Assembly: GCA_001642005.1 (NCBI GenBank)
Contig: LWCA01000299.1
Span: 1 to 33,058, forward strand
DNA length: 33,058 bases
Origin: Intoshia linei
Lineage: Eukaryota > Animalia > Orthonectida
Direction of reading: 5' to 3'
Below, one piece after another: positions 1 through 11,100 of the stretch (position 1 is its first letter; every line of letters begins with the position of its first letter). The notes under the pieces were generated by a model. It was not told the DNA's origin. It saw only the letters and a list, made by a program, of their open reading frames with translations, and did not search any database. The position numbers and the translations under genes were made by a program.

Positions 1-281
1 ATAGAAGTTTTAATTATAGTTATAAAAACGACATTACTTTGTGAATGACCTAATTAGTAAGAATATAATATTATCACGATATTACCTGATTAATAGGTTC
101 AAATTTGACCCCGGTTGAACAAAAGTGGTTTAGATTGTGTTCTTATCTTATTTGTGGATTTACTCACTTATATCAAATTTATCTGTAAACTATTACGATA
201 TTAAACTTTTCGTGCAAAATTAAGGAACAATTCAATGTACTGAGTTCATCGTATGAACTTTATACATGTATTTTACTTTAG

Positions 282-3200
282 TGTCAAATTCTGAAAACAT
301 CTCCAAATTCTGAAAATTGCCTAAAATTACACCATAAAACTGAAGATTGTTCCTATAATTTGATTTCAGAAAAACAACCAGAAAAAATGGAACGCATAAA
401 CGCCAACGAGAAATGTAGCCAAAAAATTAAATTAGAACCTGATATTAAATTGGAAAAATCCAAAAATACAGAAAATCAACACCGAGAAAATGAAAATGCA
501 CCAAAACAATTAAATTTACCTACAAAAGAATCGATTCCATCAATTAAAATTAAAATAATATCTGAAAATGAAATTAACATTAAAAATGACAACCAATACC
601 AAAGAAAATTATTAAAAGTAAATGAACCTTTGGAAAAACCAAACATGTTTTGGGAAGGTGTAAATATGATTAAGAACTATTTAAATGTATTTAAAGGTAC
701 TAACCTCAAAAATGAATTAAACAAAGATGATTATATCAAATCAAGAAGTTTATCTGAAAATGAAATATCAGAATCGGATTCTGATTCTAATTCTGATTTA
801 GAAATTATTAAAATTAATAAAAAGTCTGCATCGTTAAATTGCAAACCAGAATTAATGAAAAATGTTAATAATGATGATAGTCTCATTCAAAATAAAGATT
901 TGATATCTTGTAAATTGTCAATAAATGAAAAATCCGCTAATGACTTTGTTGTACCTAAACCAAAAACTGAAATAATTCAAAATAAACGTGATTACAATTT
1001 TCCAGATAATCAAAAAGCTTGTAAAATTATTATGAATGAAATTATAATTCAAAAATTGAAAATGGAGGTTTTATTTTGTTTTTATTGTAATAACTTTTAG
1101 TCTTTGTTTAATAGTAATGTGGTCCTCAATTTACCGGATAAAGGAGAAAAAATTAAACAGTCTATTTTTGTTTTGAAAGAAAAGGAAAAATTTTTGAAGG
1201 TACATATCAACAAGTTACCAGAGGGTTTGATAAGTGTTGAATTTATAATTTTTTTTATTTAGATATGCCGAGTGTTGATTCTCTTGAAAATGAATTTAGT
1301 CGATTGTCTGTTTCGAAAATACAATGTAAGTCATTGTATTTTTATTTTGAAAGTTAAAATTTGAAAAGGCAATTTCCAATTGTTTATAGTTTAATTTATT
1401 AATGACACGTTCAAATGAATATAATGGATATTTAGCCAGTCAAACTTTGCATAAATTGAAACCTTCAATATTTCAACAAGATAAAAGTATTGATTTTTAT
1501 TTTATTTCTTTATTTTATTTTTTTAGACGTGTATTACGGAGGAAGAATGAACCAGGATCGAAAGGATGAAGCAAATTTAGTTACGAACGACGCACTCGAA
1601 TACTTACATTCGTAATCAATTTTTTTGTTTGCATCGTATTAGTGGAATAATATACTACAAACACTGCGATACATCGCTTCTGTATCATCTAAGGCAGTGG
1701 TTCCCGATTGGGGTCCAAAACTATATGTCTAGGGTTGGTGAAATTCAAATAAAATAACAAAAAACTTTTACAAACTATTCTTTATTTTTATAGGATAATT
1801 TTTAATATTTATTACAGAATTGCCAGATGTTTGGAATTTATCCCAAAGCCGATATGACCGCTACATTGTTATTTCAAAAACCCATCTTTTATTACACATT
1901 ATTAAAATTTACAGTGCCATAAGTGTTAATAAAAAATACCATTTCAAACACCCAGGAAAAATCGACTTTTATTGATATTTTTTTGAAAAACGATTTTACC
2001 AAATTGTATGAGAAAAAACCTTTAATTTTTTCATGTGTCCTTTGAGGTCCAAAAAAATAAATATTTTGAAATGGGGTCTGTACACTATTTGAAACGGGAA
2101 CCACTGATCTGAGGTCATTAGGGTGTCATTAATACAAAACTTTAAAATATTTATTTTTAATTTTAATTCAAAAATTCGAAAGACATTGGGTCATAATATC
2201 AGACATGAACAAGACGGCTCGAGGTCACCCAAAGATGAACACTATGACCCAAAAACAATTTTGCCAACCATGAGTATTTTCATATGACTTTATCCAATGC
2301 TCTCGACTTGACATTTTAAATTATTCAAGATATGTTATTATTGTTATAATATTCAAGAATATACTTTTATTATACTCAATTTGGAAACATGAGACTCATT
2401 TCACCATAATTTTGTTGATGTCCCGAAGATGGTCTCGGGTATGGTAAATTCGGCACCGGATAATATATATTAAGTCATTTTGGCCAGGATTAAGTAGACT
2501 TTTGAGGTTGCAATTTTTGATTCTAGAATCTAGATTAAATGGAATAAACATGTATCTGAATAATCTTTTTATAAATTCTAAGACTATAATTAATTGTTTA
2601 ATATTTTTTGTTATTATATAATTAATATTAAATAATTTTCAAAAAAAAAGAAAAATCATAATTTGTAAATTCGGTTTTTCACCATTAAAGACATAGCTTT
2701 ATGATATTTCTTTAGATTATTAGATTTATGATATTTTTCTTTTTATGTGTCAACTGGAAATAACTATATGCTGTGATTTTTTTTAAAATTCTAGATTTCC
2801 ATTTAGTTTTTCAGGGTTTTAAGGGAATATTTTTTTCTACCAATTTTTAAAGATTTTGAAGATATTTTTGGGATTAAAATTTTGTAGGGTTTTAAGGGAT
2901 TATTTTTTTTATTTTTATTTATAAGATACCATAAAATGTTAAAAATATTCCCTTCAAAACCCTACAAAATTTTGGTCCCAAAAATATCTTTAAAATCTTT
3001 AAAAATTGGTAGAAAAAAATATTCCTTTAAAACCCCGAAAAAATGAATGTCATTGTCATAAAACCACAAAAATATTGTTAAAAAATAAATATTATGATTA
3101 TGTTGCTCAATTGAATGTTAGCCGAAATTTGCGATAAAACATCACTATCGAAAAATTGTTTTAGAAATTGTGTGAATTTTTGAAATTCTAACACTCTTCA

Positions 3201-6200
3201 TTTAAAAAAAAGGTTATTTGACGTTTGACCGTGAATTTTTTCAAGTTTTGAATTTGAATTTTTTTTTAATTTTTGTTATGGAAATTTTTAAGTTGTCTGG
3301 ATTGTTTTTTTCTAAAGGTTTTGATTTTTTAGGTAAAAAAACACCATCCTACTTTTAACATATTTCACGGGTCGCTCATGGTGGAATTAATGTCTAAATC
3401 ACATAAAAATGCAACATTTTTCCAAAAAATTTTTAAATTACAAATTTATTTAAAATTGCTAATAAGCGCACTTTCTAACCTAGTTTAATGTTTTATTTGT
3501 AGTCAATTGGCAGAAATGCCCCCCAAAACTAAAGAAACCCAAAAACCAGAATTCATAATCACGGAATTGATGTCACATCAGAAACAAGCTTTAACGTGGT
3601 TATTGTGGCGTGAAAAGAGTCACCCGAAAGGTGGTATTTTAGGTAATTGTTAGAGTATTTTATTACAAAAATAAGCTAATTATAATTATGCAAAACTTGT
3701 CACTACAATCGTTAAAAAAGAGGTAATAAAAATAAAAAAAATAGTATTGGTTTTATGACAATGACATTCATTTTTTCGGGGTTTTAAGGGAATATTTTTT
3801 TCTACCAATTTTTAAAGATTTTGAAGATATTTTGGGGACCAAAATTTATGGTTTATGTCAATTATTTCAGCGCAACAATTAATTACAATTTTTTATATTT
3901 TCAATATATCTTTCAGAAACGGAAGGGATGATTATTTAAAATGGTGAGAACTAATATATTACAAAAAATAAAAATTTATAAAAATTATTTTAGCTGACGA
4001 TATGGGATTAGGAAAAACATTACAAATGATTAGCTTAATTATTATAAAAAAACCGAAACGAATGATTCATCCTGTACAATTAGATTATGGGAAAAAATTG
4101 GTAGATTCCAATTGCACTCTGATTGTTTGTCCCGCTTCAATTCTTATGCAATGGTCAAATGAGTTTAAAAAACATGTGGATTTAAAGCTCAAAATTATGC
4201 ATCATCATGGACCTAACCGAGAAAAAAATGCATTTGTGTAATATTGCGTTTCACTTTTAATGTTTAAAACTCAATACAGTAAAATTAACTACAATTTTAC
4301 AATATTTACAGGAAACTCGAAATTTTCATTTATTTACATTTTTGGTGTAGTCAAACTTGAAGGAAGTTAAAAAATTCCCGGTTTTTACCTTCACTACTTT
4401 TGAATGGTGTAAAATTTGGAAATTTTTAATTCTGCATTTTAATTATAATTCACTAAAATTTTAGAATTGCTTCTTATGATGTTGTGATAACTACATATGG
4501 AATAGTATCAAGTGAAATAAATTTATCGAAAAAATTACCGAAAAAGGAATATTATATACCAGTGAACGATGCAGTATTAACATTAATTAAAAACCATACA
4601 ATCAATTTGTTAGTTGGAAGATATACAATCTAATGGTCCCATTGGTAGGATAAATTGGAAACGAATAATATTGGACGAAGGACACATTATACGCAATCCT
4701 AGTACTATAAAAGCTAGAACGTGTTGTAGGTTGTTTTCCAAGTATAGATGGATTTTGACTGGTACCCCGGTTCAAAATAAATTGCTGGATGTGTATTCGC
4801 TTTTGAGGTACATTCCAGTAAACTGAAAATTATCCGTCATTTTAATGTAATTAATCCAGGTTTCTGAGGTGTCGACCTTTTGATGAATACAATTTATGGA
4901 AAAAACAAATTGAGTCGTATTCTGGTAGGTATTTTAATTTGGTTATGCTTTATTTTGCACAGAAAAATGTAAGGAAAGATTGTCAATTTTAATGTCTTCA
5001 ATTTTATTGAGAAGAATGAAAACCGATAAACTGTCTAATGGAAACCCATTGGTATTTTAAATGCACTATTTACAGTAATTTAAATTTTTATTTTTTAGAT
5101 AATTTTACCTGAAAAAAAAATAATGGATCATCGTATTGACTTGAGTCGCTACGAGCAAGATTTTTATACGGCATATGAAACTAAAGCAAAGTAATTCACG
5201 GATCATTTTATATTATTTAATTTTATTTTAAGACACAAATTTAAACTGTTTCTTGGTCACAATATATCAATGAGTAATGTTCTCATTATGATATTACGAT
5301 TACGTCAAATTTGTACAAATATCAATCTAATGGTAATGATTTTTTATTTTTTATATTTTATTAACATTTAAAATTTAGAAAAAAAAATCTACTGAACCGG
5401 ATTCAGATACACTAGAATCAACTATAGATGATCTGGTTGATAAAATTTCAAGTGTTAATATAAACGACAAAGAAAAGGAAAAAGAAAATGAATACCCAAT
5501 TGAAGAAATTCCGTCAGATTTTGTGAGTACCAAGGTTTTTTATGTTTTATTTTTATTAATTTATTATTTAATAGATGAAAATGATTTATAACGACATACA
5601 AAAAGTTAGATCTGAATCAAAAAATATAAAGTGGTACTTTTTAAATTTGCAGCTTTATATTTAAAAAAATGTAGCATAATAGTTTCTCAGTGGACTTCAT
5701 TTTTGGATTTAATGTGTGTTTATTTGGATAAAAAAGATGTTGGTTATCAATTTATTTCTGGTAAGGTCACTTTTCAGGATAGATTTGAAATTTCCAGAAA
5801 TTTCAATCAAGACAAGGATGGTCCACCGGTATGATGTTTATCCTAACTATTATAAAACTCTTTTAAAAGCATTTTAAAACGAATCCTAGAACTTCAAAAA
5901 ATATACATTGTAATACATATTTTTAACTCATAAATTACCTTTTTTGTAAAAAATGAAAATAGTACTAAAATTTAATTAAGTTTTAATTAATTAATTAAAA
6001 TTAAGTAAAAACAGTCCAATACTAAAAAGTGTCATACATAGCATAACTTCCAGAAAAAATAAAATTATAAAAACTGGTTGTCCTTTTCAATGTGATAAAA
6101 TATATTCAGTACCAATTTAATAAATATTTAAAAATACCAATTATGTATCAATACCGAAATCACACCGAAAAAGGGTTGAGAATGTATAATTTAGAGTAAG

Positions 6201-8011
6201 AGTAAAAATTTTCAAAATAACAAAATAATAATGAGTAGTTATTTATCATAGAGTATTATTTACATTTGTGTGGGGATGATTCTTCTAATGTTCAATACTT
6301 CAATGCACCTGGATGTATGACACAGAATGATAATTTATTTTTTAATTTTAGATACTTTTACTGTCATTGTTAGCTGGTGGTGTTGGATTAAATTTAGTGG
6401 GTGGTAATCATTTATATCTAACAGACGTGCATTGGAACCCTGCTCACGAAATGCAAGCATTTGATAGAATTTATCGAATAGGCCAAAAACGAAATGTATT
6501 TGTTCACAGGTTTTTTATAATGTATTCCTGTTATTTGAATCTAGATTTATTACAAATAATACTATCGAACAGCGAATAATCCAAATACAAAATCGGAAAA
6601 TGGAAATGATAAACAATGTTTTATATGGGTACTATTTTACCCAGCCATGTCAAACTCAAATACGTGGCGGGCCGTATTATTTTGAAAAATTTTTAGGCGG
6701 GCCGCATCGTAAAAATTTTTATATAGCATGATATTAGTAAACCATTATACTATTACATTATATATCGAGATCATTGTCAAATATACATTGTGTATTTGAA
6801 AGTGACGTTAAATCAGATAATCGAAAACGAGTATGTTTTTGGTTAGAGCGGCCATGGTTTTTTTAATTTTTTAAAATTTTATTCAGTCAATGGTGCTAAT
6901 ATTATTCAATGGATAATAAAGATTATGTGATATTCAAATTCATCGATATTATATATCGCACCGGATTTTGCAATATTATAAATAGTATAATATCATTAAA
7001 TTATAACACTAGACAACACACAATTTTACTTATAAAATATGACTATTAGAAAAGTTAGTATATTAAATTTGAAGCAGAATGATGTATCTCAATTGAGATC
7101 GTCAAAGTTGTTTAATTGTGGGAATTAAAAATTAACATAAAAACCATAGTTTCAATTGAAAATTTTTTGAATTAATAATATTCACTTTAAAATGCATACA
7201 TGTGATCTAATAAATATTCATTAATTCAATTTAATTTATGGATTTATGGAATCATATTAAAATATGGACTCTAAAGTCCTAAAATGCATTTTTTACAATC
7301 TCATATTAATTTATTGTCTTCAAATTGTGGTTCCTGGTCGAATGAACATGGAGAAAGATTTCACCAGCAGTTGCATGTATATGAAGACCTCTATAACAAA
7401 TGACGTCCTTTAAATATGATTTCTGAATTTATTTTGAATATAAAAAATAAATAAAAATTTAATTAATTTGTATTCTTTAAATTAATATTAATTAATTAAC
7501 CTATACATGAAAATATCCATATTTAACTCTAGTTGTACATGTTTGTGATCATTAGAATAAGTAAGCTAATAATATAATATATGTCTAATAATTAAAAAAA
7601 AATTATTAATTAATTATTGTTAATTAATTAATTTTAAAATAAAATGTCTTTTTATTCACACTACTCAATTATTTTAATTTACAATTAACAAAATAATTTA
7701 ATGATATTATCCATTGCATTCCTAACTATATTGTATATGTTGGTTTATAATGTTGACGCATACTCCAAAAAACATAACCTTTTGTGTCATTCCATCATAA
7801 TATCCGTAATCATGGTCCAATGCATAACTCTGATACTTTGTTGTCTTTTTATTATATTTTTATTAGATCAAGTTAATTTTGGGAGCCAAAAAAAAAAATA
7901 ATTTTTATAATTATTCCATATTTATTTAAACTAATTTTTTACTTTAGACATACCAATAAAACCAATAAATTAAACATTCAAGATTTAAAATTATTGTTCA
8001 ACTACAGTTAA
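282..8011 (+). CDS. TTF2: Transcription termination factor 2 / lodestar-like SNF2-family helicase (multi-exon; 5' end uncertain)
   Basis: Spliced exons approx. 282-1067, 1101-1224, 1263-1325, 1527-1611, 3503-3642, 3994-4237, 4465-4573, 4614-4807, 4860-4924, 4963-5051, 5099-5190, 5233-5332, 5379-5534, 5575-5633, 5674-5828, 6352-6509, 6545-6628, 7948-8011. Motifs: [97 protein letters not shown], and C-terminal [11 protein letters not shown] typical of TTF2. A probable further exon ends at 250 (intron 251-281). Confidence 0.92.
1695..2106 (+). mobile_element. hAT-type MITE (family A, 412 bp) in TTF2 intron
   Basis: TIRs CAGTGGTTCCCG / CGGGAACCACTG; 8-bp TSD atctaagg (1687-1694) / atctgagg (2107-2114); homologous copies at 19227 and 29476. 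Confidence 0.88.
2210..2460 (+). mobile_element. Degenerate MITE fragment (family B, right end ...ggtaaattcggcaccgg)
   Basis: Shares acttgacattt..aaatt, caatttggaaa..tgag..cattt and ggtaaattcggcac blocks with 14124-14439 and 25815-25899. Confidence 0.55.
2807..3042. repeat. ~100-bp-arm inverted repeat (hairpin) in TTF2 intron
   Basis: 2807-2907 (ttttcagggttttaagggaatatttttttctaccaatttttaaagattttgaag...) is the near reverse complement of 2941-3042, with a ~33-nt loop. Confidence 0.9.
3748..3847. repeat. Third copy of the same repeat, inverted relative to 2967-3066 and located in the next intron
   Basis: tggttttatgacaatgacattcattttttcggggttttaagggaata...ggaccaaaattt matches the reverse complement of 2967-3066 with about 3 differences in 100 nt. 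Confidence 0.9.
6642..6710 (+). mobile_element. Left end of a hAT/Charlie-like MITE relic
   Basis: cagccatgtcaaactc...ggcgggccg...ggcgggccgc subterminal motifs; right end not found. Confidence 0.45.
7275..7403 (+). pseudogene. DNA-transposase C-terminal fragment in the last TTF2 intron
   Basis: Translates [42 protein letters not shown], resembling the widespread animal transposase motif S.K.HFL.SH.D.F..N.G..SDE.GERFHQ; superfamily not assigned. Confidence 0.7.
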
Positions 8012-8115
8012 ATGTCAATAAATGTATATTATTTGTTTAATATTTATTTATATGTATATATAAAAAATGGTTGGTTACTAAAATATGATGGATTTGTAAA
8101 TATACGTGTTTTAAA

Positions 8116-11100
8116 ATGAACAAATTGAACATTATTAAGATGAAAACTATAAAATCACGAAATAAACTTGATTGCAAAGGAATGAAGAGTAAATATTTAT
8201 TTTTAATTTATTCATTTTTCAAGGTATGTCTGATAGCGATAATTTAAAAATTGAACCGATAAACAAAACTTATGCCGGACTAAATAATATGATACATTTT
8301 GATGGTGATGAATTTGATGAGGATGAGATGAAAGAAATTTTAAAAAGCCGGTATGTAACTTTTTTGAATAGATTGGTGAATAAGTTATTTTTTTGATAGA
8401 TATCAACAGGATATTATGTATACATTTTTGGGAGATACATTGATTTCTATTAACCCGTATACTGAAATGAATATCTACAACGCTAGTTATGTTAAAAAGT
8501 ATAAAACGATTGACTGGACCAAAAAAAATATCAAAACTGTAGCTCACCCATTTGCAATTGCCAATAGGGTTCTCAAGCCAATCAAACATAAGGGGATTAG
8601 TCGGAACAAGTCTATTATTATTACTGGTATATTTTATGTTTCAGTCTTTATATTTATTTTTTCCATTTTAGGTGAATCTGGATCAGGTTTTAATATTTCA
8701 CTTTTTTTGTGGAATTTTATAAATTTTTTTAGGTAAAACTGAAATGACTAAAATATTGATGAAATATCTCATGCTATCAGCATCTACAAATAAACTCCAT
8801 AAAATGTATGTTTTTTTAATTAATTTTAATTTTTTTGGAACTACTACTACTGTCTACTCACTCAATTGATTTTATAAAACGTGTGTATGATGTGTGTATT
8901 ATAATTTTGAAACAGATTCAATTGAAACATTTGATTGACAATTTTTAATTTTTTAACAATTTGAAACAGAAATATGGTGTTTTGATTGTGAAAATTCAGT
9001 TTTTTGATGTTGCCATTTATGAGAATGCTTATGATTTTAAAGACCAAGATTAAATTTTTCGGCTGATTTTTTTTAAAAAAGAAAATTGCGTGTTTGACCC
9101 TGAAGTTTCAATTTGAATAACTTAAACATATATACATCGCCTGCGAAAAACTGCATTAGAAATTGTGGTTTTTAAATTCTAAGACTGTTAATTTTTTAAA
9201 TAATGGGTAACACACAGACATTCAATTTTAACATTAATTTATATCAATTCCCCCAATTTTAATAAAATACTGGAAATTCGACCCTTGTGACCTTTCTATT
9301 TTATTTTGTTTTCATGTGAAACACTTTTTCGACCTTTCAATTGTTGAGTAAAGAGTAATATATGGAATTGTAAAATTCTTATTTTTTATTTGTGTTAGTT
9401 TTTAAAATTATAATTGTAACAATAATGGCATTGTATGGGGTTCTCATAATATTCCATGAGAGGAAGATTGTTGCAACTAATTAGCTGTAGTTTAACATCT
9501 TATTATAATTTTGTAAATGTTATTGTCCGTTTGAAAAATCAGTCATTTTGCTATTTCAAGCAAAGTGAAGTACAGAAGAATGTACTTTGTATTTGGTTTA
9601 AAAAATTTTTAAATATTTGAAGGAAAAATTCAATTTTACCAACCATATAGCGAACAATTTACAGGTCAAATAGTTGAAAAATATTTTTCCGACTTCCAAT
9701 ATAATTGCAGGATGCCAATTTCTCCAAAATCTCATCGGTCTTATTTTTAGAGTGTCTAGTAAACCATTATCGTGTTATTTACATTTCTTTATTTCATATA
9801 TTCACATTTATTTACGTGAAGTAAAAAATTAATTGATAATATTAATAATTTAGAAGCAACGACATTATTAGTAGTTCAAATATGATTTTGGAAGCAATGG
9901 GAAATTCCCGTACTATAAACAATACAAATTCTAGTAGATTTGGTAAACGAATTAAAATTTTACTCGATATTAATTCCAAACCTTGCGCCATCAAAATGGA
10001 CACATTCTTATTTGAAAAATCACGCGCTTCCTCCGTCTTGTTGTCTCAAAGAAATTTTCACATATTTTATAGAGTAATTTTATAATATATTCATTAAATC
10101 AAAATTTATTAATAATAATTAATAACTTATTTATTTACATAGTTTATACATGGATGCAAAAAAATTGAATTGGAATCAATGGCATTGAAAAAAGATGTGA
10201 GAAGCTACAAAATACTAAAAACTCAATATGATTTGGAATTTGAACCGGTAATAATAATATACATACTCTTCATAATATACATGTGTACTTGTGTTAATTT
10301 CTCTCTAAATCAGCGATTTACAAGGAGTCAATATGGACCATTTGTGAATAACGGATTGTAATAGCGGGCCCACCGATAATTATTGACATTGTAAACATTG
10401 ATAATTATCAATGGCCATTTAAGCATTGTTAAATTTAACATTGTCAAACTTGGGATCACCGTGGAGAGCCATCAGTGGGTTTCATATAATTTTTTTTTAA
10501 AAATGAGACGTATATACATTACTTAATCGATCGTTTATTGCAGGGGTGGTTAACCTATGACGCATGCGCAACAAGTCGCGCATTGTGTCATTCCTGATAT
10601 TGGCTATTTTGTATAATTAAAATTTAAATTGTGGGATAATCGAAAACGAAATTTTAAATTGTAAGTAAGATTATTTTCTATAAGTAATCAGTGACGCATT
10701 TAAATCCAAATATTAAAAAACTAGCAAGGTCAAAACAACCCTAAAAGTCTCATTAATTAAGGACCACCATACAGTATATCATAATATTGTAAACAAATTA
10801 AAATGGTTTATATTTCTATAAGTATAAATTCTATTAGTAGCCGGGCTTTCACAAACATTTTTGGCGCATCTGAGATCGCGTGATAAAAATGTGACCATGG
10901 TATGTAAAAGGTTGCCCACTCTTGTTTATTGTCTAAAAATAAAAGTTGGAAATTGCAATGGCCATCATAGAAATGAAATTTTCCAACATTGATTTAAATT
11001 AAAAATTAAATTTAAATTTAAATCTCTTATAGGACGTGAGTTAACGATATATGCATAATTAGGAATCGATGTTAATTCTAGAGTTAAGATTTATTATCCA

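Noticed and set aside
95-132. piggyBac-like MITE end (ggttcaaatttgacccc...aagtggtt)
   Set aside because: No TTAA TSD or partner end visible in the window.
6270-6335. Possible intronic snoRNA (ggatgatt...atgata)
   Set aside because: No proper box C/D pair, terminal stem or H/ACA architecture.
7701-7901. Hydrophobic 66-aa ORF in TTF2 intron
   Set aside because: Hydrophobicity is expected from T-rich intron sequence; no supporting motif.
8212-8589. 125-aa minus-strand ORF
   Set aside because: Antisense to myosin exons; no recognisable motifs.
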